Source of the DNA: Leucoraja erinacea
Lineage: Eukaryota
Reading direction: 5' to 3'
Assembly: GCF_028641065.1 (NCBI RefSeq)
Contig: NC_073395.1
Location: 29,822,001 to 29,886,000 of the forward strand
DNA: 64,000 nt
The notes beneath the pieces are model-generated. The model saw only the letters and a program-made list of their open reading frames with translations. It was not told the origin of the DNA and did not search any database. The position numbers and the translations under genes were made by a program. Below are positions 12,373 through 24,535 of the stretch, piece by piece (position 1 is the stretch's first letter; the number at the start of each line of letters is the position of its first letter).

Positions 12373-13362
12373 CCCCTTCCTGCAAGAGAACAGTCCTGAG
12401 CTACTATCTACCTCATTAGAGACCCTCGGATGATCAACTGTGGATTGTTCTCCAGAGATCTTGCCTGAGTTACTCCAGTACTTTTTTGTTTTTGTAAACC
12501 AGCATCCGCAGTTCCTTGTTGCTATAAATACTTTATTCCACCTCTATTACATGCTTGAGACTCTGGCAGCCCCCTGCTCCAATTCTCCCACTCACTGGCT
12601 GTCCAAAGTGTTAATTCCCATTGATGCCAGGCGGAAGACTGAAATCAAGAGTTTAGATGGGGGCCAGTAGTTAAAATTAACCATGCCTTGCGAGCTTTTA
12701 TAACTCAAACACTTTGATCATTTTATGACTAACCCATCCGTACTCAATGCATGACTTCAGAGTCAAACCGTGGCCCTCTGTGCTTAATTGAATTTAAGGT
12801 CTGAGTTTGAGAATCCGAACAGCAGAATCCCTCAACACCACAATTATAAAAATGCATTGTACGTTGCATTAATTGTTAAACTTAAAACATCTGTTGGAGT
12901 GCTGCTGACACCTTTTAGAAATTAGCATTTAATTTGAACTATCTTATTTAATTTTGCCTTTTAGTTGCTGAATTATTTATCAACCGCTACCTTCAGGATA
13001 AAATACAACTGATTCTTAATTAGTGCAGCTGAACACATGTGTCATTCTGCCTGCTGCAAAACGTGTGTGTGGAGGATAGGAGCTGCTGTTAGCAGTGGTC
13101 TGTGCCTCATTCGTGCACAAGGTACGGAAGAAGGGAACAGTGGAAAGCAAGTGTGTGCACAGGAAGCATTAGCTATACCTTAGTCAAAAAGCCAGCTGAG
13201 GTAGCTTCTGCCTTCAGCATACGAGTGCCATTATGATGAATGTTTACAGCACTTCATCGAGAGCCAATTATCCTTTTTGTGGGAGGCCTGATGATTTGCT
13301 CACACTGTGGCTTGTACAAGCAACAGTGGATTCAGAAATGGAGTAGCTGAAGGAAAATTACT

Positions 13363-13381
13363 ATGAAGAGAATTTTCATAG
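13363..13381 (+). other. Candidate coding end of a first exon (MKRIFI) with a strong splice donor
   Basis: ATG at 13363, ATAG|GTAAGA donor, unique non-repeat context with CAGCTG E-boxes upstream; no homology recognised. Confidence 0.25.
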
Positions 13382-14636
13382 GTAAGATTTTCTTTTTTTT
13401 ATATATATATGTGTGTCTTTTCCTTCCTGGAGTTGCTGCAAATCAATTGCAACAAAGGAAGACTATATTCTTAAATTGCATTCTCTGAGTTATTGTGACT
13501 GTGGATATCAAAGATATCAACAAGATGTTAGTTATTTCACCGATTTTATAATTTATGTGGCATTGGAGGTCTTTGTGAAAAGAGACGTAAACTAACAGAA
13601 GATTATTTGGAGTTAGAAAATTAAGAGCCAAATTTTAAGATAGATAAATTATAAAATTGTTAAGCATATTTTCACAACTACTGAGTAAATTGTATGAATG
13701 ATATTTTTGTAAATTGGGTACATTTATCAAGTAGCATTCAAGTTTTTTGTTAATGTTAAAAGCATAAAGTTCTGACTTTATTTTCAGTATGGGTATTTGA
13801 ACTTCCCAATATATGAATTAATTTATTTCATAATGACATCCAAACAATTTGTATTAAATTATGAAATTAAGAACAATCAGGCAAAGAAGTACCAATACTA
13901 ATTTCTTCTGCTTTGAGAGCCTTCATAGATTTTATTTAACTCTAAGCATGTGAGCACTTTATCTGATTTTGATATTCAAACACCCTGTATTGCTACTACA
14001 ATGAGCGGATTTAACTAAATATTTAACATGCAACACAGTTTCATACTAAGCTCTGCCTAGAAGGAAAATAATGTATTCAGATCACTTGAAGGTTATATTC
14101 CATACTCTCTACTTTTTATTTTACTTTGTTTTAATGTAAGCTAGACTCTGTGTTTCTATATTTCTCTTGTTGAGTATCTCTAAGATTCAATACCTCTTCA
14201 CTGACCTACATATTGCAGTGTTATCAAATATCTCTTCAGCACGCTGTTACCTCAGTATTCTCAAGACGTTTTGAAATAAATCTGGTCTCAAAATGTAATT
14301 GTAGAATTAACTAACATCACACAGAACGTGCGGCTGTCATGGCTTCTCCTGGGAGCGATGAGAAATTTCCATGTGAAAAAACTAAAGCACAAATTTGATG
14401 CAGTTGAAAGCTTCTGGATATGGGTTAACTGGCAGGTGGGGGGGAGGGGGGGGGGGGGAGAGGAATGTTATTTTAAGGTGAAAAGCTCAGCATAAAAAGG
14501 GTTAATTTAAGCAAATATTATTGCGACTAGGCATTATTCAACGTATTTAATCTTTGGAACACTATTTCTGGCATATCCCCGGAGGGAACACACAGAGTTT
14601 GGGTCCAGATGACCCTAACTGATTTTGAATCTCCAG

Positions 14637-14682
14637 GGTTTGTATACGAAGGGCTGCCCCAAGTCAGCTCATGTGCCAGAAG
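14637..14682 (+). other. Candidate 46-nt internal exon
   Basis: CTAAC branch-like motif, TCTCCAG| acceptor, AAG|GTATTA donor; no homology recognised. Confidence 0.2.
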
Positions 14683-16679
14683 GTATTAAATTACCTGTCC
14701 AATGCATGCACTGACTCTTGATTAATAGCTGGGATCTGCGGGAGATTCGCTTCAGCCATTTGTACTTGCCTGACTTGAATCTTCAACATCATAATGCCAG
14801 ACAAACCCAGCAGTACGGGGTGAATACCTTTGCTGCAGGTTGAAATTCTGAAATCCTTTTTTTTCCTCTTGGGATCATGAGTGCAAGTGATTCTGACCTG
14901 TGATGGCTGTACAGTTGCATCAAAAGACACATTTGCAAAAACAGTGATGAATATTTCAAGTTTCTCTTCCGATTATTTTCCCCCAAATGTCTTTGTGTTC
15001 ACCAACTATTGGTCCTCTGTTAATAATGTCAGTAGTTCATCAAATATTCACATTATTTATTAGATAAGCCAAGGTACTGCCCAATTCACCTCTACCTCAT
15101 TGTGGACATTGGAGCTTGCCTGGGCAACTGATGATCTGCAATGCTGAGAACTATATTCTGCACTCTGTATCTTCCCCTTAGCTCAAGGGGAACATTTGAG
15201 TTTGACTTGATTGCATTTATGCCTAGTCTATCTGACCTTGGTACATGTGACAAGGAAAAAACCTAAAACATCTAAACCTGATCCTAAATCTAAGATATGT
15301 TATGTCAGAAAGTAAAGGTGATAAATATTATATCGTTTATTTTCATTTTAAGACTTGGATACAAATAACGTGCAATGCTCTTCCCAAAACCAGGCCCACA
15401 TTCAAATGTAGGGACACAAAGAGAATGCAGTTACCTCGTTCAAATCACTAGTAACGCTTATTTGACATACCCAGTTCAGGACTGACTTGCCCACTAACCT
15501 GACTAACTTGTTTTGAAAAGCTATGGGAGAAACTAACGGGACAATAGAAAAGTGACCGAGATGGACCCCAAGCATTGTATGGCGTCTGGTGAAGGATATT
15601 AATTGAATCATTTATATATTAATCAAAATGTGATCTTTACATTATCCATAACTAACAAGATTAATTTGAAAAAGTAGAGAAGAAAATAATTATGTTTGTT
15701 CTTTTTCTGGACTGAAAATTATACTTCCTAGATTGCTGCAGAAACAGTATCCAAAATAAACTTCAGAATGCTTGCTAACAAACTAAATTTTCAGTCTGGA
15801 AGACAATTTTGACTGGAGTATAAATTTAAGCACATTTGTTTCCTCTTTCTGGTACAGAAATGATAGGAGCTCATTTTCCACAGTTGTATCCATTTGGGAG
15901 TGATTTGTCCATGGAAGTGATTTTGGTGCACAACATAAATCAACCAGGATGTGTTCATCACTTGCTCAATGGAATTGGGAAAGAACCTGTGCTGTTTTGA
16001 TGAGCAAGCTTAACTTAAATGAATCGGCAAGCTTCCAGTGCTGACTGCATTCCTTACAGTAGGGTGAGATTTTCAATCTTGTGTCTGAAAATTGACATTT
16101 AGTTACAGAACAACCATTTTCCCAGTTTCCCTGAAACCACACTAATTCACAACCTGCAAACCGTAGTTTATACAGTTTATAGGTGTGCCTTGTTTCTCTG
16201 CCCATTGAGATCAGGGTCACGATTACTCTCAGCTCCCGACTGTTTAATTATTTCAGTTTGCCACTGTTGATCTCTGCTGTATCTCAGTCTTCACTGCCTA
16301 ATGCTGCAAATGGTCATAAGGTCATGAGTGATAGGATACGAATTAGGCCATTTGGCCCATCAGGTCTACTCTGCCATTTAAACATAGCTGATCGATCTCC
16401 CCTCCTAACTCCATTCTCGTGCCTTCTCCCCCCCATAACCTCTGACACCCATACTGCAAAATGCAAGTCAGCCCAACTCTGCACTCAAGGTGAGGAGATT
16501 ACATCTGTATTTCCTTCAGATGGAGGAAACTGATGCCTGTACCCATGTTTCCCCACAGTGCAGGCATTCATACAATGCACCATGTCCTTACAAAGACATA
16601 GAATATACACCATGACACTGGAGCTGATGGCACTAAAGCGGGTGGTGTTGCTTGGATGTCAGTCATTGAGGGCCTGAGC

Positions 16680-17092
16680 AATTGGGAGACGTTGGGCAGG
16701 CTCGGATTTTTATTCCCCATGAAGGGTATGAGGTTGAGGACATCTTGTAGAGGTGTTATAAAATCATGGGTGGAATTAATAGGGTAGTTGCACAGTGACA
16801 TTTACCCAGAATAGGGGAATCAAGAACCAGAGGACATAAGTTTAAGGTGAGAGGGGCAAGATTTAGCACATATTTGAGGGGCAACATTTTCACTCGGAGG
16901 GCAGTGGGGATATGGAATGAGCTGCCAGAGGTATCCGGGGCAGGGTTATCACAGCATTTAATAGACATTTAGATAGGTACATGGATAGAAAAGATTTAGA
17001 GGGATTTGGGCCAAATATTGGCAAATGGGGGCTAGATGGGCATCGTGGTTGGCATGGACTAGTTAGGCCGGAGGGCCTGTTTTAGTACTCTA
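16680..17092 (+). mobile_element. CR1 LINE 3' fragment (host of Helitron 1)
   Basis: CR1 3' ORF/UTR motifs; tail CTCTA|TGACT is restored when the Helitron is removed. Confidence 0.75.
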
Positions 17093-18280
17093 CTAGACGA
17101 AGTGGGACCCATTGGGTCCCAGCATCACACGGGAGGGCTGGTCCCCCAATGCAATATTCCCCCTCTCCACCAATTCCAGTATTGGTGGCCAGTGGGGAGT
17201 GAGGGAGGGGGTGGGGCTTTCTGGAGCGCTAGTATGGGTGTTGTGGGCTGAAGGGACTGGTTTCCAGAGGGCTAGTAGGACATTGTGGGCCGAATGGATT
17301 CTTGGGCTGGCAGCTCAGTCACTCAAGCCTGTTGTGCTGCCAGCTCACTCACTCACGGCGGGTGGGCTGGCCCTTGACTCACTGCTATTCCTTGAAATTC
17401 AATTTCAAGCAGGGTGCAAGGCCACCAAATTCAAGTGCATTTTATCCCATTTCAAGCAGGGTGCAAGGCCACTAAAGACAGCGACGCGTGACCTCTCCCT
17501 CCTCCATCTTGCAGAGACTAAGCCAAGTCCACACTTCTGGATTTTATAGTCCCTCCCCCTCCCACCAGAAGGGGCATGGCCTTCATGGCGTGATTGACAG
17601 GAGAGAGAATCTCAACATTTTTTAAACACTAATAACTTTTATTTACATTTTATCGATGGGAAAGTTCTCAGCACCTGATGAGCGGAGGGGGACTGAGTAA
17701 GATGGCCAATAATCACAGCCTACATGGTAGCGTTTTTTCTAAAATCTATATAAAGAGCAAACAGGAAGTGGTCAAGATTAGACTTTTAATTATATAGAAG
17801 GCAAGGCAACTTTAATTAGGCAAGGCAACTTTAATTAGGCAACACAGCTTTAGCATTTCCAAACCAAAGGCAACACAGCTTTAGCATTTCCAAACTATAT
17901 TTTCAAACCACATTAAAGGCACTGACAGGTCAGTAAAACCACTCACAGTTTAGTAGACATGTGTTCAGTGTTATTCACAGCTTAGACTGAGAGACGTGAC
18001 CCTCTCTCTCCCCCATCTTGCAAAGACTGACTGAGGCAATCAACACCTCTAGGTTTTATAGTCCCTCTAGAAGGTGCCTGGCCTTCAGGAGAGAGAATCT
18101 CAACATTTTAAAACACTAATAACTCTTTTATTTTTCATCGATGGGAAAAATCCTCGTCCTGCGCAGCGGAGGGGGACACTGAAGATGGCCAAAAATCACA
18201 GCCGTAAGTGGCAGCGTTTTTCTAAAATCAATATACAGAACAACAGGAAGTGGTCAAGATCAGTCTTTTAGTAATATAGA
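17093..18280 (-). mobile_element. Non-autonomous Helitron, copy 1
   Basis: Minus strand: A|TCTATATTACTAAAAG 5' end; GGGACCCAATGGGTCCC hairpin then CTAG|T 3' end; no TSD. Confidence 0.88.
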
Positions 18281-18671
18281 TGACTGTGTAGCAGAGATCT
18301 ACAGCATAGAAATAGGTACTATGGCTCAATGAATCAATGCTAACCATCACATAGTTATTTACACTAATCCTAAATAATCTAATTTTTATTGTGCTCACAT
18401 TCTCATCTGCTCCCCCTAGATTGTAACATTCATCTACGAAGGCCAAATAACCTACCAACTTGCACATCTTTGTAAAGCGGGGGAATCCGGTACATTTGGA
18501 GGAAACCCACACAGTCATAGGGAGAAACTCCACACAGACTGCATCTGAGGTCCGGATCGACCTGGGTTAAGTGCTGGGTTATCTGCTGCCACTTATAAAG
18601 GCTTACAACGTAGCAACAGCATTTACCTTGCCTAAGTGCCAATGCAAATTGCAGTATAGGGTAACCCAATA

Positions 18672-18935
18672 CTAGTTTAGTTTAGAGTTACAGCGTGGAA
18701 ACAGGCCCTTCGGCCCACCGAGTCCGTGATGACCAACGATCCCCAAACACTAACTCTTAGTGAAGCCAATTAACCTACAATCCTGTAGTCTTTGAAATGC
18801 AGAAGGAAACCTGAGCTCCTGGGGAAAACCCACTCGGCCTCGGGGGAAAACGTACAAGCTCCGTACCGACAGCACCCCTGATCAGGATGAAACCCAGGTC
18901 TCTGGCACTATAAGGCACTCTACTGCGGCCCACAA
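18672..18935 (-). mobile_element. tRNA-derived HE1/V-SINE
   Basis: Reverse complement of the 26371-26676 family; (AAACT)n tail. Confidence 0.8.
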
Positions 18936-19470
18936 TGTTCATGCGTTCCCTATGTTTTTGTGACTTTGAAATACTATTTTGGGAGAACCCTCAGTGGCTG
19001 CAATAATGCCAAAAAATAGCGTTGCGAAATCTCCAGGTAAGCATCATGTGATGTAGAAAGGCAGGAATGTTGTGGATAGCACAATAATTAAAGGTAGCCT
19101 TCTGTACTTTATTGCTGAGATGCTGTTTACACCACTGTACAATGAGTAACAATATATATTTGAAAAAGCAGTTAATATGGTATCATCAGAGAGCTTGTAT
19201 TCTCAAAGAACAACATATACAATTATAATATAAGGAAAAATAATGTTTTTCCCTTCAATGGGCAAGGAGAACCCAGAGAAACATTAAAACATTTAGCTTA
19301 GAGATAATCTGCACCAACCACTGATCCCAGCTCACTGATCCCACACACACTTTTACATATATACCATGCCAATTACCTACACACCTGTGTTTAAGAAGGA
19401 ACTGCAGATGGGACGAATTTACATGGAGAAACTCATGGGTGCAGCAGCATCTATGGAGCGAAGGAAATAG

Positions 19471-19503
19471 GCAACGTTTCGGGCCGAAACCCTTCTTCAG
19501 ACT
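19471..19503 (-). ncRNA. Minimal type I hammerhead ribozyme motif in a PLE pseudo-LTR (intact core)
   Basis: Minus strand AGT-CTGAAGA-AGGGTTTCGGCCC-GAAA-CGTT-GC: CUGAnGA box, stem II, GAAA box, ACGT palindrome, NUH triplet. Confidence 0.6.
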
Positions 19504-19929
19504 GATCTTCTGAAAGGGTTTCGTGTGGGCTTTGAAGTTGTACGAAACTCCATAGCTTCGCTCCATGCTGCTGCAAACACAAGATCTCAGAGAAAACCTA
19601 CGTAGGTCATGGAGAGAATGTACAGACAGCGCCCGTAGTCAGGATCGAACCTAGGTCTCTGAGGCAGTAACGCTACCGCTACACCACCATGCCGCCCGTT
19701 AATAAAAAGAGATTGCAAGATGTGCAATACTAAAAATGATATTTTTGAGAACCAGTTGCTTTTTAAGAAGAAAATTATTGGAGTCACTGGATACCACTTT
19801 CCTTCATGTTTCTCTTATTTTCTGCATTGCAAGACCAATTCTACAACCATCTTTTGCATTTGTCTCCTGATCATAGGAGGACTCTTATTGCAGCTCTTCA
19901 TTGGTATATCCATACTCTCAGCTGAGAAA

Positions 19930-20790
19930 AGGGCCCTTTGGCACAACTCATCCTTGCTAACCAAGATGATTATCCCAGCTAGTCCCATTTGGCTCCTACC
20001 CCTCTGAACCTTTTCTATCCAAGTAACTATTCAATTATCTTTTGAACATTGTAATTGTACCTGCCCTTCTAGCTTCCTCTATCAGTTTGTTCTGTATACC
20101 CACTATACTCCATGTGGAAAAGGTTACCCTTGGGTCCTTATGATAATATTGTTTATTTTCTTACCCCTCTCACCTTAACTTTATGTTTACCAGTCTTAGC
20201 TGCCCCTCCTTGAAAAATAGATTGAGACCATTCACCTTGTCAGTACCCCCTCATCACTTTATATACCTCTGCAAGGGCATCTGCCAGCCTCCAATGGTCC
20301 AGGGAGGTAGTCCCAGCTTATACAACCTCTCCTTATAATTCAAGCTCTTAAGTCTTGGTCCCATCCTTGTAAATCTTTTTGCACCCCTTTCATTTTAATG
20401 ACATTCTTCTTTTAGCTGAATCAGGCCAGAACCGCACTCATACTTTGTGCGGTTTCACCAATGACTTGTACAGTTGCAACCTAACTTCTGTACTTAATCC
20501 CATGACCAATGAAAGCATATGTGCATTGGCCCTTCTTCACTACTCTGTCTATCTGTGTTGCCTCTTTCAGGGAACCATGTATCTGAAGGATCTCGACCCG
20601 AAACGACACCTATCCATATTCTCCAGAGAAGCTGCCTGTCCTGCTGAGTTACTCTGGCCCTTTGTGTCATTTTGTGTGTTAACCAGTCATCTGTGGTTCT
20701 TTGCTTCAACATGTATTTATACCCCTTGGTTTCTCTGTTCTCCAATAATTTCCAGGGCCCTATCATTTACTGTGTACATTTAGCCTAATC
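19930..20790 (-). mobile_element. Older CR1 LINE fragment interrupted by a short PLE unit
   Basis: Reverse-complement CR1 ORF2 3' region. Confidence 0.7.
20583..20709 (+). mobile_element. Short PLE-derived unit with degenerate hammerhead core
   Basis: Begins at CTGAAG; flanked by CATGTAT (20576-20582, 20710-20716). Confidence 0.7.
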
Positions 20791-21654
20791 TAGCTGACCA
20801 AAATGTATCACCATGCACTTGAACCTGCCATTGCCCTCACAACTATTTACCCAGTGGGGTCAGACTTGGCCAGTTTTCCTGTCATTACCACACTCTGCAT
20901 GTCTTGTGTGTCTTTTAAAGCCCTTTTCAATACCACACAGGCAAAACATAGTATCAATACCTTTGCTGTAGATGCTAGCAATAGAGGAAAAGAGGAGAAA
21001 GTCAGGAGGAGATCCTGCCCCTGTAAATCTGACAGCAATGGAAAAATGATTGTCAACACACAGCAGGGAGAGTACATGCAACGACAAAAGTTACAAACTG
21101 CTGGGAGGTCTGATGCCTTCCCTTTGCTCGTTCACTTAGGCTACAGGATAAACTATCCAGCAGTTTAACTTGACCACGTACAGCTGCATGCTCTTCACAC
21201 ATTGTGACTATCTATATCCTTTTCCTTCTTCATGATAAGCAAGTGTCAGAAACGTTCTTGGTGCAAAGGCTAAGGCAGTGAGCACTCTTAAAAATGTACT
21301 GTTACTTACATGTACTCTTTAGAACTAACAGCGCAGAAATCAGTACCCCAAACATTATACGTGGCAAGTCTCAAGAGTGTGCATTAAGAGTTTCATGCAT
21401 AATCGGGGTCCGATCGCCCGGCGAGGGGGAGCTGAAATCCCGCCGATGCAGGAGCTTATCGCCCCGGCGCGGAGGGCCCAAACGCTGCCGGCTACGGGAG
21501 TCAAGATCGTCCCATCAACGGAAGGAAACCTGAGCTCCTGGGGAAAACCCACACGGTCACGGGGAAAACGTACAAGCTCTGTACCGATTTTTTAATAAAT
21601 TAACTTTAGGCCTAATATTTTGCTTAATGATCCAAAACTAACTACTATAATTCC

Positions 21655-22040
21655 ACACAATAAACGGTAGAGCTCTGTTAAGTGTTGTAGAACAGAGGGA
21701 TCTAGGAGTGCAGGTACATAGTTCCTTGAAAGTGGAATTACATGTGGCAGGGTGATCAAAAAGGCTTGTGGCACATTGGCCTTCATCAGTCAGAGTATTA
21801 TACTGTAGATGTTGGGAGCTCATAGATTCACAGAGTGGAAACAGTGCCCTTCGGCCCAACTCGCCCACACCAGCCAACAATGTCTCAGCTACACTATTCC
21901 CACATGCCTGCGCTTGGTCCATATCCCTCCAAACCTGTCCTATCCATGTTCTTGTCTAACTGCTTCTTAATTGATGGGACAGCCCCAGCCTCAACTATCT
22001 TCTCTGGCAGCTCGTTCCAGTCACCCACCACCCTTTGCGT
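21655..22040. mobile_element. Two CR1 fragments in opposite orientation
   Basis: Plus-strand RDLGVQVHSSLKV remnant followed by a minus-strand 3' UTR. Confidence 0.7.
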
Positions 22041-22063
22041 GTTATTAGATGAGGCCACATTTA

Positions 22064-23337
22064 AGGGGCTGTCCCACTTGGGCGACCTAATCTGCGAGTT
22101 TAGAAGAGTGTCTTCGACCTTCAAACTCGCAGCATGGTCGACACGTGGTCCTAGGAGGTCCTATGAGGTTGCTGGAACTCTCCTTCATGCTCGAGGGAAG
22201 TTCCCGCGGCCTCAGCTAGGTAGCGGAAAAATCTTCAGCATGTTGAAAAATTTTCCGCGAGTAATATTTGGTTGGCATGGTTGTTTTTGACTTGTAGTGC
22301 AGTGGAGTGGGGTCGCTATTTAGTTACAGGCAGTCTAGAGCAGCCGTAAGCAATCTCCTTCGCTGACTAGGCATTTTGATTGGCTCATTGGAGTTTTCAG
22401 GACCAAGGAAAACCTAATGGTAGGTAAAATGCCCGATAAACTTTATTATTCTTCTTAAAAGTGTCTCCACTTCTTATCCTCCCCCCCCCCCCTTCTCCTC
22501 CCCCCCCCTTTCTCTCCCCCCCCCCCCCCCCCCCCCCCCTCCGCCCTCTCTAAAGGACTTAAGGGCATGCGTCTAGTGTGACCAAACGTGATTGCTTGAG
22601 GCCTCACGGGGCCGGTCCCACTTCCATCGGCAGAGACGTATGGTGTTGTGCGGGGCTGGTCCCGACATCGCGCGGGGCTCCACAAATCTTGCACTGTCTG
22701 ATAATCCCGCGCGACAACTGCCTGTCGGCCCACAACCGCATTGAGGACGTACGCAGCGTCTCGACGGGCGTACGCAGAGTCTCGACGCCGTACTCAGCGT
22801 CTTGACAGCGTACGCCTAGCGTGTGGCGTTGCGTGATGACGTCACCGCTCGGCGTGCCGTTGCGTGATGATGTCACCGCCCGACACCGTGCAACGTCCAA
22901 ATTCAGTTGGCCCTCCTCCTGCCCAGCTGATTGGTGAATTTGACGTAAATTACACCACGCTCGAACTTTACGCAAACTTTGCGCGTACTTACCACGTACT
23001 TAACGCGAACTGAGCTTGAACTCCGCTTCTGTTTGGTCGTGCTTGATGCATGCAATCGCATGCTGGTGGGACAGGCCCTTTACCGTTACTGTGCAGCCAT
23101 TTTACCTTCTTCATCGTGGGTGTGAATTTCAGACAGCGTTCCCCCCCCCATTCCCTGGTTCCCACCTTTGCTGTGTGTGTGCGCGCGCGTGCGCCCGTGT
23201 GCCCGGCTGTCCAGCTCACGGTTTCACCGCGGTTGGTCGATCCAACTCGAGGCTTTCCAGGCGAGTGCCCTCGAGCTTGAAGGTCGAAGACACTATTCTG
23301 GACTCGCCAATTAGGTCGCCCAAGTGGGATAGCCCAT
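22064..23337. mobile_element. PIF/Harbinger-like MITE (outer element)
   Basis: About 66-bp imperfect TIRs starting AGGGGCTGTCCCACTTGGGCGACCTAAT; TTA TSD (22061-22063, 23338-23340). Confidence 0.87.
22562..23079. mobile_element. PIF/Harbinger-like MITE nested in the outer MITE
   Basis: TTA TSD (22559-22561, 23080-23082); right TIR GTGGGACAGGCCCT; left TIR partly deleted; homologous to 797-1290. Confidence 0.82.
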
Positions 23338-23561
23338 TTAGAGTATTATGGTCCGTTTCGGTCATTATATATAGAAAAGTTAGTAATCTCTAGATTTTGA
23401 AAGAGCATTTCAGTTCAGTCAGGAACTCCGGTCCAGTACAGCCCAACCATGGTCGTGAGTATCACCATTGTCTCCATGCTGCATAGCTTGGCATTTCAAA
23501 GAGCAGTGTGAAGGGAGAAGATGGAGCAGAAATCGCGGCAAGGACAGAACGTGTGCAGATG

Positions 23562-23776
23562 GACACAAACTGGAGTAACTCAGGGGGTCAGACAGCATCT
23601 CTGGAGAAAAGGAATAGGTGACGTCTCGGGTCGAGACCTTTCTTCAGTCTGAAGAAGGGTCTCCACCCAAAACATCACCTATTCCTTTTCTGCAGTGATG
23701 CTGTCTGACCTGTTGAGTTACTCCAGCATTTTGTGCCTATTTTCAGTTTAAACCAGCATCTGCAAATCTCTTACAC
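23562..23776. mobile_element. Palindromic (head-to-head) dimer of the PLE/hammerhead unit
   Basis: About 78-bp arms around the axis TCTTCAG-T-CTGAAGA at 23648. Confidence 0.8.
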
Positions 23777-24061
23777 CAAATGAATGCAGGATGTATACTG
23801 ACACACCAATGCAATAAGGAATAGTCCTATACAAAATGGACACACACGGCTTATTTTGAGCTGGACTTTACAGATACTCAATCAAATGTTAAAATATCTT
23901 CAATCCAGATTATCCTTGTTATTACATCATTTCTTATAAATGTCACTTTTCTAAAAAGTCTTATTTTGCCCTTTCAGGGAAAGAAACCCCACAGATTATT
24001 AATTTACATTGTCTCATGTCAGGCTGACATTGGTTGTACTGGTTTGGGGTTTCTGTGGCCA

Positions 24062-24535
24062 TATGTAGGGTAAGAAAGTACTGCAGATGCTGGTTTAAAC
24101 TGGTTAGACACAAAATGCTGGAGTAACTCAGCAGGACAGGTAACATCTCTGGAGAGAAGGAATGGGTGACATTTCAGGTCGAGACCCTTCTTCAGACTGA
24201 TGTCAGGGGAGTGGCCGGTACAGAGATAGAATGTAGTCAGAGACAGTAAGACTGGTGGGAGAACTGGGAAGGGGGAGAGGATGGAGAGAGATGGAAAGCA
24301 AGGGCTACTTGAAGTTAGAGAAGTCAATGTTCATACCACTGGGGCATAAGCTACCCAAGCAAAATATGTGGTGCTGTTCCTCCAATTTGAGCTGGGCCTC
24401 ACTTTGGCAATGGAAGAGGCCCAGGACAGAAAGGTCAGATTGGGAATGGAAGGGGGTTAAAGTACCGAGCAACCAGGAGATCAGGTAGGTTAAGGCGGAC
24501 TGAGCGGAGGTGTTCAGTGAAACGATCTGCCCGGG
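24062..24535 (-). mobile_element. Penelope-like element 3' fragment with pseudo-LTR
   Basis: GIY-YIG C-terminal remnant (LSVLGLFHCQSEAQLKLEEQHHIFCLGSLCPSGMN) and CTGAAGAAGGGTCTCGACCTGAAATGTC motif. Confidence 0.82.

Noticed and set aside
14691-14930. Minus-strand exon ending at CAG|GTAAT (14695)
   Set aside because: The donor is plausible but the nearest acceptor lacks a pyrimidine tract and the peptide is unrecognised
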